From Nitrospirota bacterium (lineage in GTDB: Bacteria; Nitrospirota; UBA9217), in assembly GCA_963754875.1 (NCBI GenBank), contig CAVWHO010000017.1:64001-128000 (forward strand): 64,000 nucleotides of DNA, given 5' to 3'. Positions 61,058-64,000 of the stretch are shown here, in pieces (the first letter of the stretch is position 1; every line of letters starts with the position of its first letter). The translations under genes and the position numbers were made by a program. The notes beneath the pieces were generated by a model, which was not told where the DNA came from, ran no database searches, and worked only from the letters and a program-made list of their open reading frames with translations.

Positions 61058-61288
61058 GTGAACGATCCGCCCACTGCGCCTGTGATCAGTAGTCCCGCGA
61101 ATGGTGACGAGGTCGCTACCTATACGCCGCTCCTGATCCCGACCAACGCCACTGACCCGGACAGCCCTAGTCTTGCCTACAATCTCGATGTGGCACTGGA
61201 TCCCGGTTTCACCCAGATTGTGGCCACTACCACAGGCGTCCTGAGCAGCCAGACGTCGACTCTGGTTAGCTCAGGGACGACGTCCTGA
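61058..61288 (+). pseudogene. orphan fragment of an Ig/FN3-like surface-protein domain
   Basis: NDPPTAPVISSPANG...NATDPD...LAY...ALDPGFTQIV; no signal peptide or RBS; GC-rich patch. Confidence 0.55.
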
Positions 61289-61379
61289 CAGTTTCCCACA
61301 AATCTCAGCTTGGTTTTTAAAACCTCGCTTATTTGCGGTGATGGAGATTGGGAAATTTAAGTAGAGAGCTGTTTGGCTC

Positions 61380-61545
61380 ACTGACCTTACATTACTCGGA
61401 TGTATTGGAGAGGTTGATACGATGCAAAAACTTCTGGAGATGGATCCAGCATTGAAGGCCATTGTCTCAAGTTGGTATTCCGATGACGTGGCTATGGCAA
61501 ATTACCTGTCCCTCGGGATTAAGTCATATCTCAAGAAACCTATGA
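61380..61545 (+). pseudogene. decayed receiver-domain C-terminal fragment
   Basis: TDLTLLGCIGEVDTMQKLLEMDPALKAIVSSWYSDD...YLKKP resembles the receivers of 31124-34147 and 10669-13788. Confidence 0.65.
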
Positions 61546-61783
61546 CATCACCGCTCCACGTCTTGACCTGTATGATGAAATGAACTTGAATCCGTCGACT
61601 TGCAATTTACCGGCCCCTACTGAAAGCTATTCTTTGCAACTTTATGAATCTATAACAGCAAGTCTTCAGTAAATAAACGCCGTATAAAACTAATGAATTT
61701 GATAATTTTATCCGATATGATATGCAATCGTATTTAATTTCGTTGTAGTCTTCTTCTGCAAAAAGGGAGATGATGGGAAGAAA

Positions 61784-63364
61784 ATGAAGCTCCTTAGTGA
61801 CGCAAGCTTAAAGTTAAAGATTGTGGCGGGCTTCATAACTTGCATCTTCTGCGGTGTGATTGTCCTTCCCATAGCTGCTCTCTTAATTCTCGGCACCGAA
61901 ACGACAACCACGATATTCAATTTGATCGCGCCCAAAATGCTCTTTCTTGTTGTTGTGGGAATTATCGGCCTTTTATGCGGAGCGATGATTATTTACTGGT
62001 TGGTAAAAATAGTAGTCCTTGATAAAGTGATAAGAATTGCTGAAAATGTAAACCGTTTAAAGTCAGGCGATCTTCAAGGAACCTTTAAGTCAGATAACAA
62101 TGACGAAATCGGCTTATTAGCAGATGACATGAACTCGATGACTCAATCACTTAACACTGTAATCAATGGGATATTATCAAACGCAAATAATGTCGTATCT
62201 ACAGTTGATGCACTTCGCTTTAGTGGGGATACTCTGGCATGCGGCGCCAAAGACCAGTCGGCGCAGGCATCACAAATTGCTGCAGCATCGGAAGAGATGA
62301 GTCAGACCATCTTAGACATTTCTAAGAATGCATCATCTGCTGCACAAACTTCTGCGGACGCAATGGAAATCGCATCAAAAGGGAAGGCAATAGCTGAAGG
62401 GGCCGTTGAGACCGTCAATAAAGTCTACCAGTCGAGCATTGAGTTGTCCACGCTGATCGATAAATTGAATAACCGCGTAGGAGAAATCGGCACGATTGTG
62501 ACAGTCATCACAGGCATTGCAGATCAGACGAATCTGCTCGCCTTGAATGCCGCAATCGAAGCAGCGCGGGCCGGGGAACAAGGACGTGGGTTTGCGGTCG
62601 TCGCCGATGAGGTCAGAAAACTCGCAGAGCGGACAATCAAGGCGACAGCGGAGATATCGGAAAAGATCGCGGCAGTTAAAGTTGAATCTGACCAGACAAA
62701 CATCTCCATGACGCAGGCGTCAGCGGATGTGACAAAAGCGGCGCAGTATATTACGAACGTAGGCAACTCTCTTAACGAAATCGTTAATGCTGTGCAAAAG
62801 TCACGCGACCAGATAACTCAGATCGCTACCGCTGTTGAGGAGCAATCGGCGGCGTCTGAAGAGGTTACGAACAACATCGAAAAAACATCGCGGATCTCGC
62901 AAAACATGGTAAATTTATCAAAAGATGTCATGCGCCAGGTCAGTGCGCTTATCGAGGTTGCCGAGCATTTACGCAGCTCGGCAGGGAGATTCAAAACTAC
63001 CGGTAGTGAACTGATGATCCTGGATCTAGCAAAGGTAGACCATCGAGTCTTTGTAGGCAAAATCGCTGCTTGCTTGCAAGGGGATGTACAATTGGAACCG
63101 GACAAACTGTCTGACCATCATAACTGTAGATTCGGTAAATGGTACGATGGCGAGGGAAGTGAAAACTGCCGCAATCTGCACAGCTTCAGGTCGATAAACG
63201 TTCCTCACGAGGCAATTCATGCTATTGCCAAAGAAGTAGTAAAGGCCAATCGTGCAGGAAATGATAAACAAGCGAAAGAGCTTTATGGACAGATGGAAAA
63301 AGTATCTCAAGAAATTGGAACTCAGCTCGATCTGCTTAAGCTGGAATACCAGCAATCCCGGTAG
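61784..63364 (+). CDS. methyl-accepting chemotaxis protein with C-terminal CZB (zinc-binding) domain
   Basis: 2 TM + [46 protein letters not shown]...[11 protein letters not shown]...PHEAIH. Confidence 0.93.
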   Translation: MKLLSDASLKLKIVAGFITCIFCGVIVLPIAALLILGTETTTTIFNLIAPKMLFLVVVGIIGLLCGAMIIYWLVKIVVLDKVIRIAENVNRLKSGDLQGTFKSDNNDEIGLLADDMNSMTQSLNTVINGILSNANNVVSTVDALRFSGDTLACGAKDQSAQASQIAAASEEMSQTILDISKNASSAAQTSADAMEIASKGKAIAEGAVETVNKVYQSSIELSTLIDKLNNRVGEIGTIVTVITGIADQTNLLALNAAIEAARAGEQGRGFAVVADEVRKLAERTIKATAEISEKIAAVKVESDQTNISMTQASADVTKAAQYITNVGNSLNEIVNAVQKSRDQITQIATAVEEQSAASEEVTNNIEKTSRISQNMVNLSKDVMRQVSALIEVAEHLRSSAGRFKTTGSELMILDLAKVDHRVFVGKIAACLQGDVQLEPDKLSDHHNCRFGKWYDGEGSENCRNLHSFRSINVPHEAIHAIAKEVVKANRAGNDKQAKELYGQMEKVSQEIGTQLDLLKLEYQQSR

Positions 63365-63991
63365 CTTTCACTTTCACTGTATGCATCTTTCAACCAGAAG
63401 TTTATAAAATATTTCGTTGATCGGCGTCACAACTAGTAGGTGGAGTCGAGTTTCATATTATATTAGCGAAGGTGCAGAAATCATTTTGGAAATGAGAATA
63501 TCTGGCTGTGCTCTACGGTGCAGATTTACTGATTGAAATATGTACTATCGGAATCTGCAACCTCAGGATTTACGTATAACGAAGCCATGTTCGAGCGAAC
63601 ATAGTGAGTATGAAAAGGAATTCATAACGGGGTGATCAGAATCTCGGTAAAAGAAGGTCGTAAAATACCGCGCTGCAAAGGCAGCGAAGGACGCGCTTCT
63701 CGGAAGGGGATAGGGGTATTTTATTATCTATAATGATTGTACTCCACCGTGGAGGACTTGAGGCAATATAATATAATGATAAAAAACGTAAATCAGAACC
63801 ACCACGTAATTCGCAATCAGCAGGTTGTCCGTTCAACCCGGATCGCCGGCCCTCCATTTATACCCTCTTCCACAGAGACATATATTATAGTATAATACTG
63901 TTCCGTAGCGCTGGATTCATATTTCAGATTGATAATTTGAGATATACTGTGCACACAATTATGTGAGTTTGACAATTTTACGGAGGTGACC

Positions 63992-64000
63992 ATGCGCAGA
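63992..64000 (+). CDS. start of a gene running off the window
   Basis: GGAGGTG RBS followed by ATG at 63992. Confidence 0.45.

Overview
A 64-kb bacterial chromosomal window. Gene style suggests an anaerobic Nitrospirota or deltaproteobacteria-like lineage, which is inference only. The first ~30 kb is mostly GC-rich housekeeping DNA: leuD (partial), leuB, two tandem asd paralogues, a decaheme cytochrome c, suhB, pyrF-pyrE, an RpoD-like sigma factor, a ThiI-like/phosphotransferase/APS-kinase-like cluster, nfi and sixA. It also carries a Phd-RelE/ParE toxin-antitoxin pair, HNH and DUF559 nucleases and three kinds of short intergenic repeat. From ~30 kb onward it is an accessory, signalling- and surface-protein-rich region. 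That part holds PAS hybrid kinases, GGDEF-EAL and PilZ proteins, an MCP with a CZB domain, three repeat-rich lipoproteins, a tnpA-only IS200/IS605 element, an IS481-like element, an intact tRNA-fMet with three further partial copies, and many gene fragments. The best leads are: (i) a lipoprotein ending in a WDxxxWDxxxW tail next to a secreted protein with a phage-fibre-like N-terminus, a possible domesticated fibre-docking system; (ii) a DUF559 nuclease flanked by its own REP-like palindromes; (iii) the tRNA-fMet relic hotspot with an integrase-less islet; (iv) an IS200 insertion whose precise excision restores a kinase reading frame. All family calls come from motif recognition by eye; no database searches were run.
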